Assembly: GCA_039194325.1 (NCBI GenBank) | Contig: JBCCWC010000007.1 | Location: 32,001-96,000 of the forward strand | Reading direction: 5' to 3' | DNA: 64,000 nt | From: Myxococcota bacterium | Lineage (GTDB): Bacteria; Myxococcota_A; Polyangia; Nannocystales; Nannocystaceae | Part shown: positions 1 to 9,767 of the stretch, one piece after another | Layout of the letters: the number at the start of each line of letters is the position of its first letter | Position numbering within the stretch: the stretch's first letter is position 1 | Notes under the pieces: generated by a model | The model's input: the letters and a program-made list of their open reading frames with translations, nothing else | Told to the model about the DNA's origin: nothing | Databases searched by the model: none | Translations under genes and position numbers: made by a program

Positions 1-112
1 GCAGGCGCATCCAGGTGAGGACCTTGAGCCCGAAGGGCGTGCACGTAGGCACGGGGATCCCCCATGCCGGGCCAAAGGTGTAGATGTCGATGGGTTGCAG
101 GATCGTGGTCAT
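1..112 (-). CDS. Glutathione S-transferase family (metaxin/Tom37-like) protein, N-terminus only (cut by window edge)
   Basis: Manual translation MTTILQPIDIYTFGPAWGIPVPTCTPFGLKVLTWMRL resembles the 'WGxPxxSPFxxKxxxxxR' N-terminus of this family; ATGA overlap with the upstream kinase stop. Confidence 0.7.
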   Translation of the reverse strand, partial: MTTILQPIDIYTFGPAWGIPVPTCTPFGLKVLTWMRL

Positions 113-3100
113 CGAGTTTGCTCGGCCCAGTCCTTGGCATGGCGGAGTATGGCGACGTTCTCGGGCACGCGATCGAGGAAGCTCTGTCGTGCATCATCGG
201 CGCCGAGGGTGTCTGCTCTCGCGAGCAGATCCTCCTTGGCTTCTTGGATCGATGCAAGCGCTTCCTCGATCCGACCCGCGCCCCATAGAGCCTCGGCATA
301 CGCCAGCCGCGTCAGAGATTCCCCCTCCTGGACCAGGTCGAGCTTGTGGAGCTGCTCGTACGCCTGGCGCGCCACCGTCAACGCTTCGTCGTTTCGGTCG
401 AGACGCAAGAGGACCTGCGCCAAAGTCGCCAGCGCGATGATCTTGGAGCCCGACTCTTTGTCCAAAAGACGCACGCCCTTGCGCGCGTGCTTGCCTGCCT
501 CGATGAGGTTGCCGTCCCCCATCGCGATGCGAGCAATGAAGGAGTGAGTCAGGCCCATCATGCGGCGGTTATCGTGGGCCTCGAACGCTTCGAGCGCGCT
601 CTGCTCCAGCGCGCGCCCCTCCTCGATCCGACCGGCCTCCGCGATCCGACGCCCCAGGTTGTGCTTGGCCACCGCATTGGTATGGGCGAGCCCGACCCCC
701 TCGGTAATGCGGATGATCTCCATCAGCAGCTCTTCGCCGCGCGCGAGCATGCCCAGCTCGAGGTACAAGAAGCCCGCCCCGGCCTGGTGCCCCCACGCGT
801 TGGTGAGGCTGCCCGCCGACTCGAACTCCCGCGCCGCCGTCTCCATCTCATAGAGCGCCGTCGCCAGCTCGCCGGTGCAGATCCCTCGCAGGCCGCGGGC
901 CGAGTGAAAGGGTCCGCGGGCGTCGGGGTTGCGCTCGGCCACCGAGTAGAGCGCTCGCTCGACCGAGTCGAGCAGGGCCACCGACATCTCCCCGTGGCCC
1001 GCCGCCGCCAGCGGCACCGCGGCCGCGATGAGGCCCAGCAGCTCCACGCCCCCGCCCATCAATACGGGGTCGATGTCGTCGATGCGGGTGATCACCTCGA
1101 GCACGCGCTCATGGTAGCCCGCGCGCGCGCTGGCCAGGCTCGCCTCGCCGGCGGCGGCCAGCCAGCTCGGGGAGGTCTCGGGGAGCTCGTCCATCGCCTC
1201 GAAGGCCGAGTCGGAGGCCTCGGCATGCCGCCCCGACAGCGCCTCCACCTGAGCCCGCAGCAGCACCAGGTTGCCGCGATCCTCTCCTCGCGCCGCGCAG
1301 CCCAGCCCTTGCTCGGTGATCTCCAGCACCGCCTCGAACTCGTTGCGGGCAAAAGCCTGCCGGGCCGCCTCGCAGTAGCACCGAGCCGCCGCCTCGGCGT
1401 CGCCCCCCAGGCGGTGGTGCTCGGCCAGGATGTAGCTGTTGCTCTCGCCGTGGGCCCCCAGCCAGTGAGCGACCGTGCGGTGGGCCGCCCGCCGGTCGTC
1501 CGTGGTGAGCATCCCGTAGGCCGCCTCCTGCATCGACAGGTGGTGGAACTCGTACTCCTCCTGGCCCGGGAACCGCGACGAGGACCGACGGACCACGAGC
1601 TCTTGGGCGATCAGCTCGTCGAGCCACTCGCGGACCAGGGCCGCGCTCGACCCCTCGCGTCGCAGGGCCACCACGCCCTCGAGCCAGAACACCTGGCCGA
1701 ACACGCTGGCCGCCCGCAGGATCTGGCGGGCGTCGAATCCCAGGCTCAGCAGCCTCGACTGCATCATCGCCGCGATCGTGTCCTCGACGTGCTCGCTGCC
1801 GCTTTGGCCCACGGCCCGGGCCAGCTCCTCCAGGTGCAGGGGGTTGCCCCCGGAGCGACGGGTCAGGCGCTTGACCAGGCCCGGGTTGACCTGCTCGCCC
1901 AGCACCTCGCGCAAGAACGCCGCGCAGACCTCGTCGCTCAGGCGTCGCAGCTCGACCCGCACGAAGCGGGAGCTCGTCTCCGGCGACGACCAGATCGTGG
2001 CCCCGGGCCGGGCCAGGGCCACCAGCATCAGCGCCTGGCTGCTGCGCGAGCGCAGCACGTTGTCGCAGTAGCGCATCGAGGCCAGGTCGCCCCACTGGCA
2101 ATCGTCGAGCACGATCACCAGGGGCCGGTGGGTGCTGACGGCCGCCACCAGGTCTTCCCACGCCTTGCGGGTCTGCTCCGCCATGAACTGTGGATCCTGG
2201 CGGGCGACCAGCAGCGGCAGGCAAAAGTCCGAGTGGTAGGGCGTGCGGCAGATCTCCCCGATGAATGCCTCGACCCGAGCCAGCTGGGGGCCGCTGAAGT
2301 ACTCGGAGAGGCAGCGGTGCAGCTTGTCGCGCCGCACCTTCTCGCTCTCTCCGGTGACGATCCCGGCCATGTCGTTGATCACCTGAGTCAGCAGCGCGAA
2401 GGGTGACCCCGCGCTCACCGGATCACCTCGCGCCACCCACACCTGCGGTGAGTTGGCCCCGGTCTCCAGCCCGCTGACGAACTCTTGGGCCAGGCGAGAC
2501 TTGCCCATGCCCGCCTCCGCCTGCAGCAGCACCGCGCGCGGCTCTCGGACCGCCACTGCGTCGAGGTACTCAAGCAGCATCCGCTCCACCTGCGGCCCCC
2601 GCCCCAGCCAGGGACTCGGCCGCCCCAGCAGCAGGCGCCCGCCGGCAAGCTCCCGGCGAGCCCGCAGCAGCCGACACAGCCGTCGGCCCCGCTCGATGTC
2701 GAAGCGCACATCGAAGAGGTTGGCCGAGCGGGGATCGATGAGGATCGGACGATCCCGCGGCGTGGGGTCCGGCGCTTGTTGGTCTTTGGCCTCTCGGTCT
2801 GCGGCGAGCAGCAGGCGCCCCGCCGCCGCCACCAGCGTGCGCTCGGTCTGCGGGGGCATCTGCCCCAGCACCAGCGCCAGATCGGCGTTGGGACACACGC
2901 GGCGCACCTCCAGGGCACACAGCGCCGCCCGCAGGGTGTGGTCCCCCTCGGACACCCGCCCCTCGAGCATGATGACCAGCCCGCGCTCGTCGAAGGCCCG
3001 CAGCTGCGCCCCGAAGCGCGACAGGACGTCGGTGATCGACTCCTGATCGGGGTTGCTGTCCTCGTCGAAGCGCACCCGAATGACCGCGACCAGCTGCTGC

Positions 3101-4062
3101 TCCTTGGCCGACAGCACCGACGAGCCCCCCGAGTCCACGCGCAGCGCCACCGCTTGCAACGCCGACGCCACCACCCCGCCGTGCATCGGACGCTGGGTGC
3201 GATCGGTGGAGAGCATGCGCGCCAGCAGCTCGTCGAGCTCGGCAGGCACGCTCAGCCCCATCGCGCTGCTGTCGACCGCCTGCCCCTTGCCTTCGATCAC
3301 CGTCGCCGTCTCCAGCTCGTCGCCCGCCTGCGCCATGGCCTTGGAATCGGGCGACAGGCAGCGCGAGAGCATCAGCCCCAGCGAGTACACATCGGCCCGG
3401 GCGTCGATCTGCGCACGCTCCAAGTGGAGCTCAGGGGCCATGTAGCCGGGTGTGCCGCCCGGTACCACGACATACTGCGTGAACTGGGCAATGCCAAAGT
3501 CGGCGATCTTGGCCTGACCGACGTCACCATCGGGTAAGAGGATGTTGCTGGGCTTGATGTCCCGGTGCACCACCCCCACCCGATGCGCCGCCCCCAGCCC
3601 CTCGGCCAGGCGCGAGCCCAACCTCAGGGTATCCTGGATGGATAGAGGTCCGCGCCGCAGCTTCGTCTTGAGGTCCTCGCCCTCGACCCACTCCATCGCC
3701 AGGTAGGGCTCACCGGTTCGGGTGCGACCGTGGCATACGTACTTCACGATCGACGGGTGGCGTAGGTTGGCCAGCAGCTCCGCTTCACGCTGGAAGCTGT
3801 CGAGTAATTGCTGGGTGTCCAATGACGTCCCCGACTCGTAGTTCGGCGCGAGACCACCTCGGATCACCTTGAGCGCGACCGAGCGCTCGCCGTCCTTGCG
3901 ATCGGTCGCCTGGTACACGCTGCCCATGCCCCCGGAATCGACCAGGGTACCGACCTCGAAGCGGTCAGCGACGATCGTTCCAGGTTCGAGGATCGTCCCA
4001 ACCGGCGTGAGCTGTCTGGGTCGTTGACTCCGCACGTCCCGCGTACTTCCCCGCGCAGCCAT
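109..4062 (-). CDS. Ser/Thr protein kinase fused to a P-loop ATPase and TPR-like region
   Basis: GGMGSVY, VALK, HRDIKPSN, DFG, GTPGYMAPE; Walker A-like AEAGMGKS; VLDDCQWGD; helical C-terminus. Confidence 0.93.
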   Translation of the reverse strand: MAARGSTRDVRSQRPRQLTPVGTILEPGTIVADRFEVGTLVDSGGMGSVYQATDRKDGERSVALKVIRGGLAPNYESGTSLDTQQLLDSFQREAELLANLRHPSIVKYVCHGRTRTGEPYLAMEWVEGEDLKTKLRRGPLSIQDTLRLGSRLAEGLGAAHRVGVVHRDIKPSNILLPDGDVGQAKIADFGIAQFTQYVVVPGGTPGYMAPELHLERAQIDARADVYSLGLMLSRCLSPDSKAMAQAGDELETATVIEGKGQAVDSSAMGLSVPAELDELLARMLSTDRTQRPMHGGVVASALQAVALRVDSGGSSVLSAKEQQLVAVIRVRFDEDSNPDQESITDVLSRFGAQLRAFDERGLVIMLEGRVSEGDHTLRAALCALEVRRVCPNADLALVLGQMPPQTERTLVAAAGRLLLAADREAKDQQAPDPTPRDRPILIDPRSANLFDVRFDIERGRRLCRLLRARRELAGGRLLLGRPSPWLGRGPQVERMLLEYLDAVAVREPRAVLLQAEAGMGKSRLAQEFVSGLETGANSPQVWVARGDPVSAGSPFALLTQVINDMAGIVTGESEKVRRDKLHRCLSEYFSGPQLARVEAFIGEICRTPYHSDFCLPLLVARQDPQFMAEQTRKAWEDLVAAVSTHRPLVIVLDDCQWGDLASMRYCDNVLRSRSSQALMLVALARPGATIWSSPETSSRFVRVELRRLSDEVCAAFLREVLGEQVNPGLVKRLTRRSGGNPLHLEELARAVGQSGSEHVEDTIAAMMQSRLLSLGFDARQILRAASVFGQVFWLEGVVALRREGSSAALVREWLDELIAQELVVRRSSSRFPGQEEYEFHHLSMQEAAYGMLTTDDRRAAHRTVAHWLGAHGESNSYILAEHHRLGGDAEAAARCYCEAARQAFARNEFEAVLEITEQGLGCAARGEDRGNLVLLRAQVEALSGRHAEASDSAFEAMDELPETSPSWLAAAGEASLASARAGYHERVLEVITRIDDIDPVLMGGGVELLGLIAAAVPLAAAGHGEMSVALLDSVERALYSVAERNPDARGPFHSARGLRGICTGELATALYEMETAAREFESAGSLTNAWGHQAGAGFLYLELGMLARGEELLMEIIRITEGVGLAHTNAVAKHNLGRRIAEAGRIEEGRALEQSALEAFEAHDNRRMMGLTHSFIARIAMGDGNLIEAGKHARKGVRLLDKESGSKIIALATLAQVLLRLDRNDEALTVARQAYEQLHKLDLVQEGESLTRLAYAEALWGAGRIEEALASIQEAKEDLLARADTLGADDARQSFLDRVPENVAILRHAKDWAEQTR

Positions 4063-4593
4063 CTACGCGGGCACCTCGACGGTGCGTTTCGTTGCGAGTG
4101 TATCAACGGGGCGTGTTCGTTGCGGCGGACTACATCGACCACCAACCGATCCTCAACCGACCGGGTGCGATCCGGGCCACCCCATACACGTGACCCATTG
4201 TGGACCGTCGGCGGCGGCCCATTTCGGGGTGCATCACCGATGTTATTGCCGAAACGGTCGAACCGTCGTTGGGCATCATCGTTGGGCATCATCCAGCATG
4301 TACGGCATTCCCGGACATCTTCTCGAGAACCCCGCCAAGAACGATCGCCAGGCCCGCTCGTGGGGACGACCGACAGTGCTTTGACGATCGAGTCGCATGC
4401 CCGACTGGGCATCGGGATCGACCTGACCGAGGTCGTCGAGCCCGACCAGCGCCCCGCACTCCACCGTAGTGCGCCGGTCATTGCGGGCGCGCAGCGGGTG
4501 CGTGTCCAGGAATACCCGATCATGCCCGCTGCGCTCAGCGAACGCCGCGGCGATCTCCCGCGAGGGCGGCAAGCGAACGTACGTTGCGGGCCG

Positions 4594-5922
4594 CTACCCT
4601 GCTCCCGCCAGCCCCTTGGCCTCCAGCCACTCGAGAAGCCGCGCGGCCACCAGCGCGTGCCCGGGCTCGCGGAAGTGGTCCTCGTCGAAGAAGTACTCGT
4701 CCATGCGCCAGGCGAAGAACTTGGCGATCTGCTCCGGGTCCTTGCCCTGCTGCTCGAGCAGCGCGACCACGTCGGCCTCTTGGTACACGGCCTCGGCAAA
4801 GATCGGCGTGAAATCGATGACGTCCACCCCGTGCTCGGCCGCGTGCTCGGTCAGGATCTGCTGGGGGATCCGCGTGGCCGGGTCGCCCAGCTGGTAGGTG
4901 TAGGGGAAGATCAGCAGCGCGATCGGCAGCTCGTTGGCCTTGGCCACCTCGTAGAGCTTGCCCATCTCCGCCAGCACGATCGTCCAGCCCTCCTGGAACT
5001 CGGGGTTGGTCCGCGACTCCAGGGCCATCTTGTGGGTGTTGAAGATCTCCAGCCGCTTGGCCGCGTCGAGCGACTTGCCCGCCTGCGCGATCTTCTGCAG
5101 CAGGCGCCCAAAGCCGGTCTCGTTGGCCAGCAGGCCGCTTATCGGGTTCGGGGTCTGGGTCACGCCGTGGTAGTCGAGCCCCGTGCCCCCGTACTCGGTG
5201 TTGACCACGAAGGGCTCGGTCACGTCGTTCATGCAAAAGCCCACCGTCACGAAGTCGGGCGCCAGGTCGAGGCTGCGCTCGAGGGTCACCCGCTCCTGGA
5301 ACGTGGAGTACCCGTGCACGCCGGCGTTGATGATCTGGTGGCGGCCGTGGAGGCCGTCGCGCTCGGCGAGCAGATCCTCGAGCTTCTTGGAGAAGGTCTC
5401 CGCGTAGGTGACCCCGTAGCCCATCGTCACCGAGTCGCCCAGCATCAGGCCCCGTAGCTCCCCGCTGGGCTTTTGCCGGGGAAACTCGTCGTCGTGGAAG
5501 CCGTGCTCGTTGATGCGGATCAGATCCTCGGGGCGCCCCGCCGAGGTCAACGTGCGCACCGCCCCGGGGCGATGCACGTAGTGCAGCTCAGGGTCGTACT
5601 CCCAGATCGTCAGGCCCAGCTTGGTCAGCAGCCACCGGTCGCCCAGCACGAACAGGGCGCACAGCAAGAAGAACACCGAGAAGCCGTCGGCCCAGCTCTT
5701 GCCGCGGTAGACCTTGCGCCCCAGGGCGAAGGTGGCCGCCCCCAAAAAGAGCGCCCACAAGAAGTAGCCGCGGAGCACGTCGGCGTAGTCGACCACCGCG
5801 GCCCCGCGGGTCAGCCGACCCACCCAGGGGTTGGTGAACAGGGCCGATAGCAGCATGCCCACCCCGAAGAGGATGATGATGATGCCGCCGATCTGACGGG
5901 TCTCGAGCTGAACCTTGGCCAT
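4594..5922 (-). CDS. Membrane-anchored SGNH/GDSL hydrolase family protein
   Basis: N-terminal TM helices; LGDSVTMG, INAGVHGY, GFCMND and DEDH blocks; start moved to MAKVQ. Confidence 0.85.
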   Translation of the reverse strand: MAKVQLETRQIGGIIIILFGVGMLLSALFTNPWVGRLTRGAAVVDYADVLRGYFLWALFLGAATFALGRKVYRGKSWADGFSVFFLLCALFVLGDRWLLTKLGLTIWEYDPELHYVHRPGAVRTLTSAGRPEDLIRINEHGFHDDEFPRQKPSGELRGLMLGDSVTMGYGVTYAETFSKKLEDLLAERDGLHGRHQIINAGVHGYSTFQERVTLERSLDLAPDFVTVGFCMNDVTEPFVVNTEYGGTGLDYHGVTQTPNPISGLLANETGFGRLLQKIAQAGKSLDAAKRLEIFNTHKMALESRTNPEFQEGWTIVLAEMGKLYEVAKANELPIALLIFPYTYQLGDPATRIPQQILTEHAAEHGVDVIDFTPIFAEAVYQEADVVALLEQQGKDPEQIAKFFAWRMDEYFFDEDHFREPGHALVAARLLEWLEAKGLAGAG

Positions 5923-6030
5923 GGAACGAACGGAGCTCTCAGGCCCCGGGCGAGCCGTCGCCCAGGCCCGGGGGCAGCGCGCGCCCCCCTCGGAGCCCCC
6001 CTTCGGAGGGGGGCAAGGGGGCAAGAAGCG

Positions 6031-6240
6031 CTAGAAGAGGGTGTAGATGAAGGGCGCAGCCGCGGTCCCGCCCAGGACCACCAGCACGCCCACCAGCAGC
6101 AGCACCAGCAGGATGGGCAACAGCCACCACTTCTTGTTGTGCTTGAGGAACTGGAAGAACTCGGACATCAGGCCCGAGGACTGCTCCTGCGCGCCCGCGG
6201 CGAATTCGTTGGCCTTGCTCTTGTCGTTGCTCTCGCTCAT
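6031..6240 (-). CDS. DUF5989 (SxtK-like) small membrane protein
   Basis: FLKHNKKWWLLP...APFIYTLF signature. Confidence 0.9.
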   Translation of the reverse strand: MSESNDKSKANEFAAGAQEQSSGLMSEFFQFLKHNKKWWLLPILLVLLLVGVLVVLGGTAAAPFIYTLF

Positions 6241-6261
6241 CGCGGTGTCTCCTGCGGGCGG

Positions 6262-6678
6262 CTAGAATTGCTTGAAGTAGCGCTGGGGGTCGCCCCCGGT
6301 GCGGTGCTCGACCCAGTAGGTCTTGGCGTTCTTGTCGATCTTGCGCTCGAGCGCATCGCGGCCGATGAGCTTGAATACCAGCGCGATGGGGGTGAACACC
6401 AGGTAGTAGATGACCCCCATCACCACGTGGGAGATCACCCAGCCGATGGGATACGCGGCGTAGAGCCACCCCAGGTAGATCGGCTTTTGTAAGGCCGGGA
6501 CCGCGTAGTAGGCGGCCACGATCACCGCCGCCCCGCCCCACAGGCCATAGGCCACAGTCTGGGCCTCGAAGCGCCACCATACGAGGCCGCCGATGAGGCC
6601 GAAGAACGCCAGGAACATCAGCCCGAACCAGGCTAGCTCTTTTTTGGATGGATCCTTGTTGATCTCGATGACCGCCAT
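6262..6678 (-). CDS. SxtJ family membrane protein
   Basis: WFGL, IGWVISHVVMGVIYYLVFTPI, RD, TYW, KQF terminus; lies between carbamoyltransferase and DUF5989. Confidence 0.88.
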   Translation of the reverse strand: MAVIEINKDPSKKELAWFGLMFLAFFGLIGGLVWWRFEAQTVAYGLWGGAAVIVAAYYAVPALQKPIYLGWLYAAYPIGWVISHVVMGVIYYLVFTPIALVFKLIGRDALERKIDKNAKTYWVEHRTGGDPQRYFKQF

Positions 6679-6695
6679 TGCTCCCGTGTCCTTGC

Positions 6696-6781
6696 GTGAC
6701 CTGTTCGTTGCGTGTCCTATTTGCTGTGTGACCGGGTTGCTGCGTGACCTGTCTGCTGCGTGACCTGTCTGCTGCGTGACC
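6696..6781. repeat. 16-bp degenerate tandem repeat (GTGACCTGTCTGCTGC, ~5.5 copies) in an intra-operon spacer
   Basis: Units start at 6696, 6712, 6728, 6744, 6760, 6776. Confidence 0.85.
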
Positions 6782-6794
6782 CGAGACGACGACC

Positions 6795-8624
6795 TCAGTC
6801 GAGCGCGAACTCGCCCAGGTAGTCCTCCGCGTTTTCCTTGGGCTGGTCGGTCTTGTGGAGCACGTAGTTCTCGATGACCAGCACGTCCATGTGGGTGCCC
6901 ATGAAGCACCGGTAGGCGTCGGCCGGGGTGCACACGATGGGCTCACCCCGCACGTTGAAGCTGGTGTTGATGATCACGGGCGAGCCCGTCTTCTCCTCGA
7001 ACTTCTTGATGAGCTTGTAGTAGCGGCCATTGCGAACGTCGTCGACCGTCTGGACGCGCGCCGAGTAGTCCACGTGGGTGATGGCCGGCACCACCGAGCG
7101 CTGGATCTTGAGCTTCTCGATGCCGAACAGGCCCTCGTGCTCCTCTTTTTGGGGGAGGCGTTTTTCCTCCTTCACCGGAGCCACCAGCAGCATGTAGGGG
7201 CTGTCCTCGTTGGGCCGCATCTCGAAGAACTCGTCGACCCGCTCGCGGAGCACCGAGGGCGCGAAGGGCCGAAACGACTCGCGGAACTTGATCTTGAGGT
7301 TCATGGTGGTCTGCATGTCCTCGGAGCGGGCGTCGCCGATGATGCTGCGACCACCCAGAGCCCGCGGACCAAACTCCATGCGGCCCTGCATCCAGCCCAC
7401 CACGTTCTCTTCGGCCAATAGCGAGGAGACCGCTTCGACCGTCTCTTCCTCGCTTGGGTAGCGGGTATAGACCGCGTTGCGGGAGTCGAGGTACTGCTTG
7501 ATCTCGTCGTCTTGGGCTTGAGGACCCAACAGCGAGGCTTTTTGCAGGTCGGGCTTTTGGGCCCGCCGCTCGTTGTCCAGCAGCTGGTACCAGATGAGCA
7601 GCGCCGTCCCCAGGGCCCCCCCCGCATCACCGGCCGCCGGCTGGATCCAGATGTCGTCGAAGGGCCCCTCCCGCAGCACGCGGCCGTTGCCCACGCAGTT
7701 GAGCGACACCCCGCCCGCCATGCACAGGTTCTTGAGCCCCGTCTGCTTGTGGATATGCCGGCTGATCCGCAGCACGATCTCCTCGGTCACCTGCTGCACC
7801 GAGGCGGCCACGTCCATGTGATCCTGGTCCAGCTTGGACTCGGCCGCCCGCGCCGGCCGCCCGAACAGCTGGTGGAACTTCTCGGAGGTCATGGTCAGGC
7901 CCTGGCAGTAGTTGAAGTAGGACATGTCCATGCGAAACGAGCCGTCCTCCTTCAGATCCAGCAGGTTGTCGAGGATCTTGTCCACGTACTTGGGCTCGCC
8001 GTAGGGGGCCAGGCCCATCAGCTTGTACTCGCCCGAGTTGACCTTGAAGCCGCAGTAGTAGGTGAACGCCGAGTAGAGCAGCCCGATCGAGTGAGGGAAA
8101 CGCAGCTCGTGGGTCAGCTCGAGCTTGTTGCCCCGACCGACTCCCCAGCTCGAGGTGGCCCACTCGCCCACGCCATCGAGGGTGACAATCGCCGCCTCTT
8201 CGAAGGGCGAGGGGAAAAAAGCGCTGGCTGCGTGCGACTCGTGGTGCTCGGGGAACACAAAGCGCTTGGTGTAGGCACCATCGAGGGCCTTGCGCATTTC
8301 TCGGGGCAGGTGCAGCTTTTGCCGCAGCCACACGGGCATCGCCCGCAAGAACGACTGGAACCCCGCGGGCGCATAGGCCAGGTAGGTCTCGAGCAAGCGT
8401 TCGAATTTCAGCAGGGGCTTGTCGTAAAAGCCCACGTAGTCCAGCTGCTCCTTGCGAAGGCCCGCTTCCTTCAAGCAGTACTCGATCGCGTGGACCGGGA
8501 AGTTGTGGTCGTGCTTCTTGCGGGTGAAGCGCTCCTCCTGGGCGGCGGCGACGACGTCACCATCGACCACCAGGGCAGCAGCAGAGTCGTGATAGAACGC
8601 AGAGATTCCAAGAATGCTGGTCAC
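6795..8624 (-). CDS. O-carbamoyltransferase (NodU/CmcH/SxtI family)
   Basis: ILGISAFYHDSAA, EERFTRKKH, HHESHAASAF, EYKLMGLAPYG, GRMEFGPRALG, KFRESFRPFAP, NTSFNVRGEPIV; GTG start. Confidence 0.95.
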   Translation of the reverse strand: MTSILGISAFYHDSAAALVVDGDVVAAAQEERFTRKKHDHNFPVHAIEYCLKEAGLRKEQLDYVGFYDKPLLKFERLLETYLAYAPAGFQSFLRAMPVWLRQKLHLPREMRKALDGAYTKRFVFPEHHESHAASAFFPSPFEEAAIVTLDGVGEWATSSWGVGRGNKLELTHELRFPHSIGLLYSAFTYYCGFKVNSGEYKLMGLAPYGEPKYVDKILDNLLDLKEDGSFRMDMSYFNYCQGLTMTSEKFHQLFGRPARAAESKLDQDHMDVAASVQQVTEEIVLRISRHIHKQTGLKNLCMAGGVSLNCVGNGRVLREGPFDDIWIQPAAGDAGGALGTALLIWYQLLDNERRAQKPDLQKASLLGPQAQDDEIKQYLDSRNAVYTRYPSEEETVEAVSSLLAEENVVGWMQGRMEFGPRALGGRSIIGDARSEDMQTTMNLKIKFRESFRPFAPSVLRERVDEFFEMRPNEDSPYMLLVAPVKEEKRLPQKEEHEGLFGIEKLKIQRSVVPAITHVDYSARVQTVDDVRNGRYYKLIKKFEEKTGSPVIINTSFNVRGEPIVCTPADAYRCFMGTHMDVLVIENYVLHKTDQPKENAEDYLGEFALD

Positions 8625-8984
8625 GGTAGCTCGAGCTCGCGTGGCGAGGAGAGAAGGGGAGGCCGCTGGGCCGGAATGCTCGTGCGTCCGCGGCGGCCTC
8701 CTCCAAACCACTCCAGGCTGCCGGTAAATGGACCGCGCCGTCCACGGTCTTGACTGCACAACGAGCGGACTTCCCTGTGTCCAAGCTCACAATTTTTGCG
8801 CTCGAAGGTTCCCGCCCGCACTCCGAGCCACGATCCGGGGTCGAAACCGCAAGAGGGCATGTAAAGGTGTGAATTCGGCCGTCCGATTTCGGTCCGCGAG
8901 GATGGATCTCGCCGCGACCCCCCCACCCATGCAAAAGGCCACTCGTTCCGGCGAACCCCGGCTGCATGCCGGAGGTGAACGTTC

Positions 8985-9186
8985 CGGACCCTCCCCCACC
9001 CTCGTGCACGAGGGTCCGCAACCCTCCTGACCCTTCCCCACCATCGTGCACGAGGGTCCGCGACCCTCCTGACCCTTCCCCACCCTCGTGCACGAGGGTC
9101 CGCGACCCTCTGGACCCTTCCCCACCCCTCGTGCACGAGGGTCACGCGCGCTACTGACCCTCTGACACCCTCGCGCACGAGGGTTC
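8985..9186. repeat. Five ~42-bp tandem units, each with the 18-bp palindrome ACCCTCGTGCACGAGGGT or a single-base variant
   Basis: Palindromes at 8998, 9040, 9082, 9125, 9167; spacers near-identical except the last. Confidence 0.9.
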
Positions 9187-9767
9187 GATACCTGCCTCTT
9201 CCTTTATTCAGCCACAGCGGGTCCACAAAGGATCCGAGAGGGCATCAACTCCTCCTGTGCACCGCCATACGCACCCCCGTCGACCGATCCTGCGTTGCTC
9301 GCCACTCACGACGAAGGCGTCGATCAGATCTGATCCAGACTGAGCCAAACTGGCCCTATGCAATTTCAACTTGCTTCAACATGATTCAATCTGATCCACC
9401 CGCGCTCATCCAACTTCAACCCACCTGAATGCTGTCTGTTTCAGTCTCAATCCGATCTAACCAATCCAATCCAACCGATCCAACCAATCCAACCCACCCC
9501 TTTCAACCCACTTCCAAACAGCCGCTTGTGGGCGATCATTCAATGCAACTCGAACTTCGCGTGATCTCTGCTCGACAAGCTCGACTCGAGCACTGCTCGC
9601 CATCGCCCGAGATCTGCCCCCTAACGCCCACAAGGCCCACATGAAACCCTACTTCTACAGATGACCATTCACGAACCGAGCTCATCGAAGCCTCTCGAAT
9701 TGACCTCACAATTTGATTCGCCCGGTATGCCGACGTCGGCTATCCTGTGCACTAGATGAAATCTCGG

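Noticed and set aside
346..3537. Long + strand ORFs opposite the kinase, and similar shadow ORFs across the window
   Set aside because: Stop-poor antisense or alternative frames typical of high-GC DNA, with no motifs
4276..4572. Possible TIR-domain remnant (HDRVFLDT)
   Set aside because: Resemblance is limited to one short motif and does not continue
8985..9186. CRISPR array
   Set aside because: Spacers are mostly near-identical, the conserved core is only 18 bp, and no cas genes are in the window
9330..9560. C/A-rich low-complexity tract as ORF or origin
   Set aside because: Degenerate ATCCAACC-like microrepeats with no coding signal and no DnaA-box cluster seen
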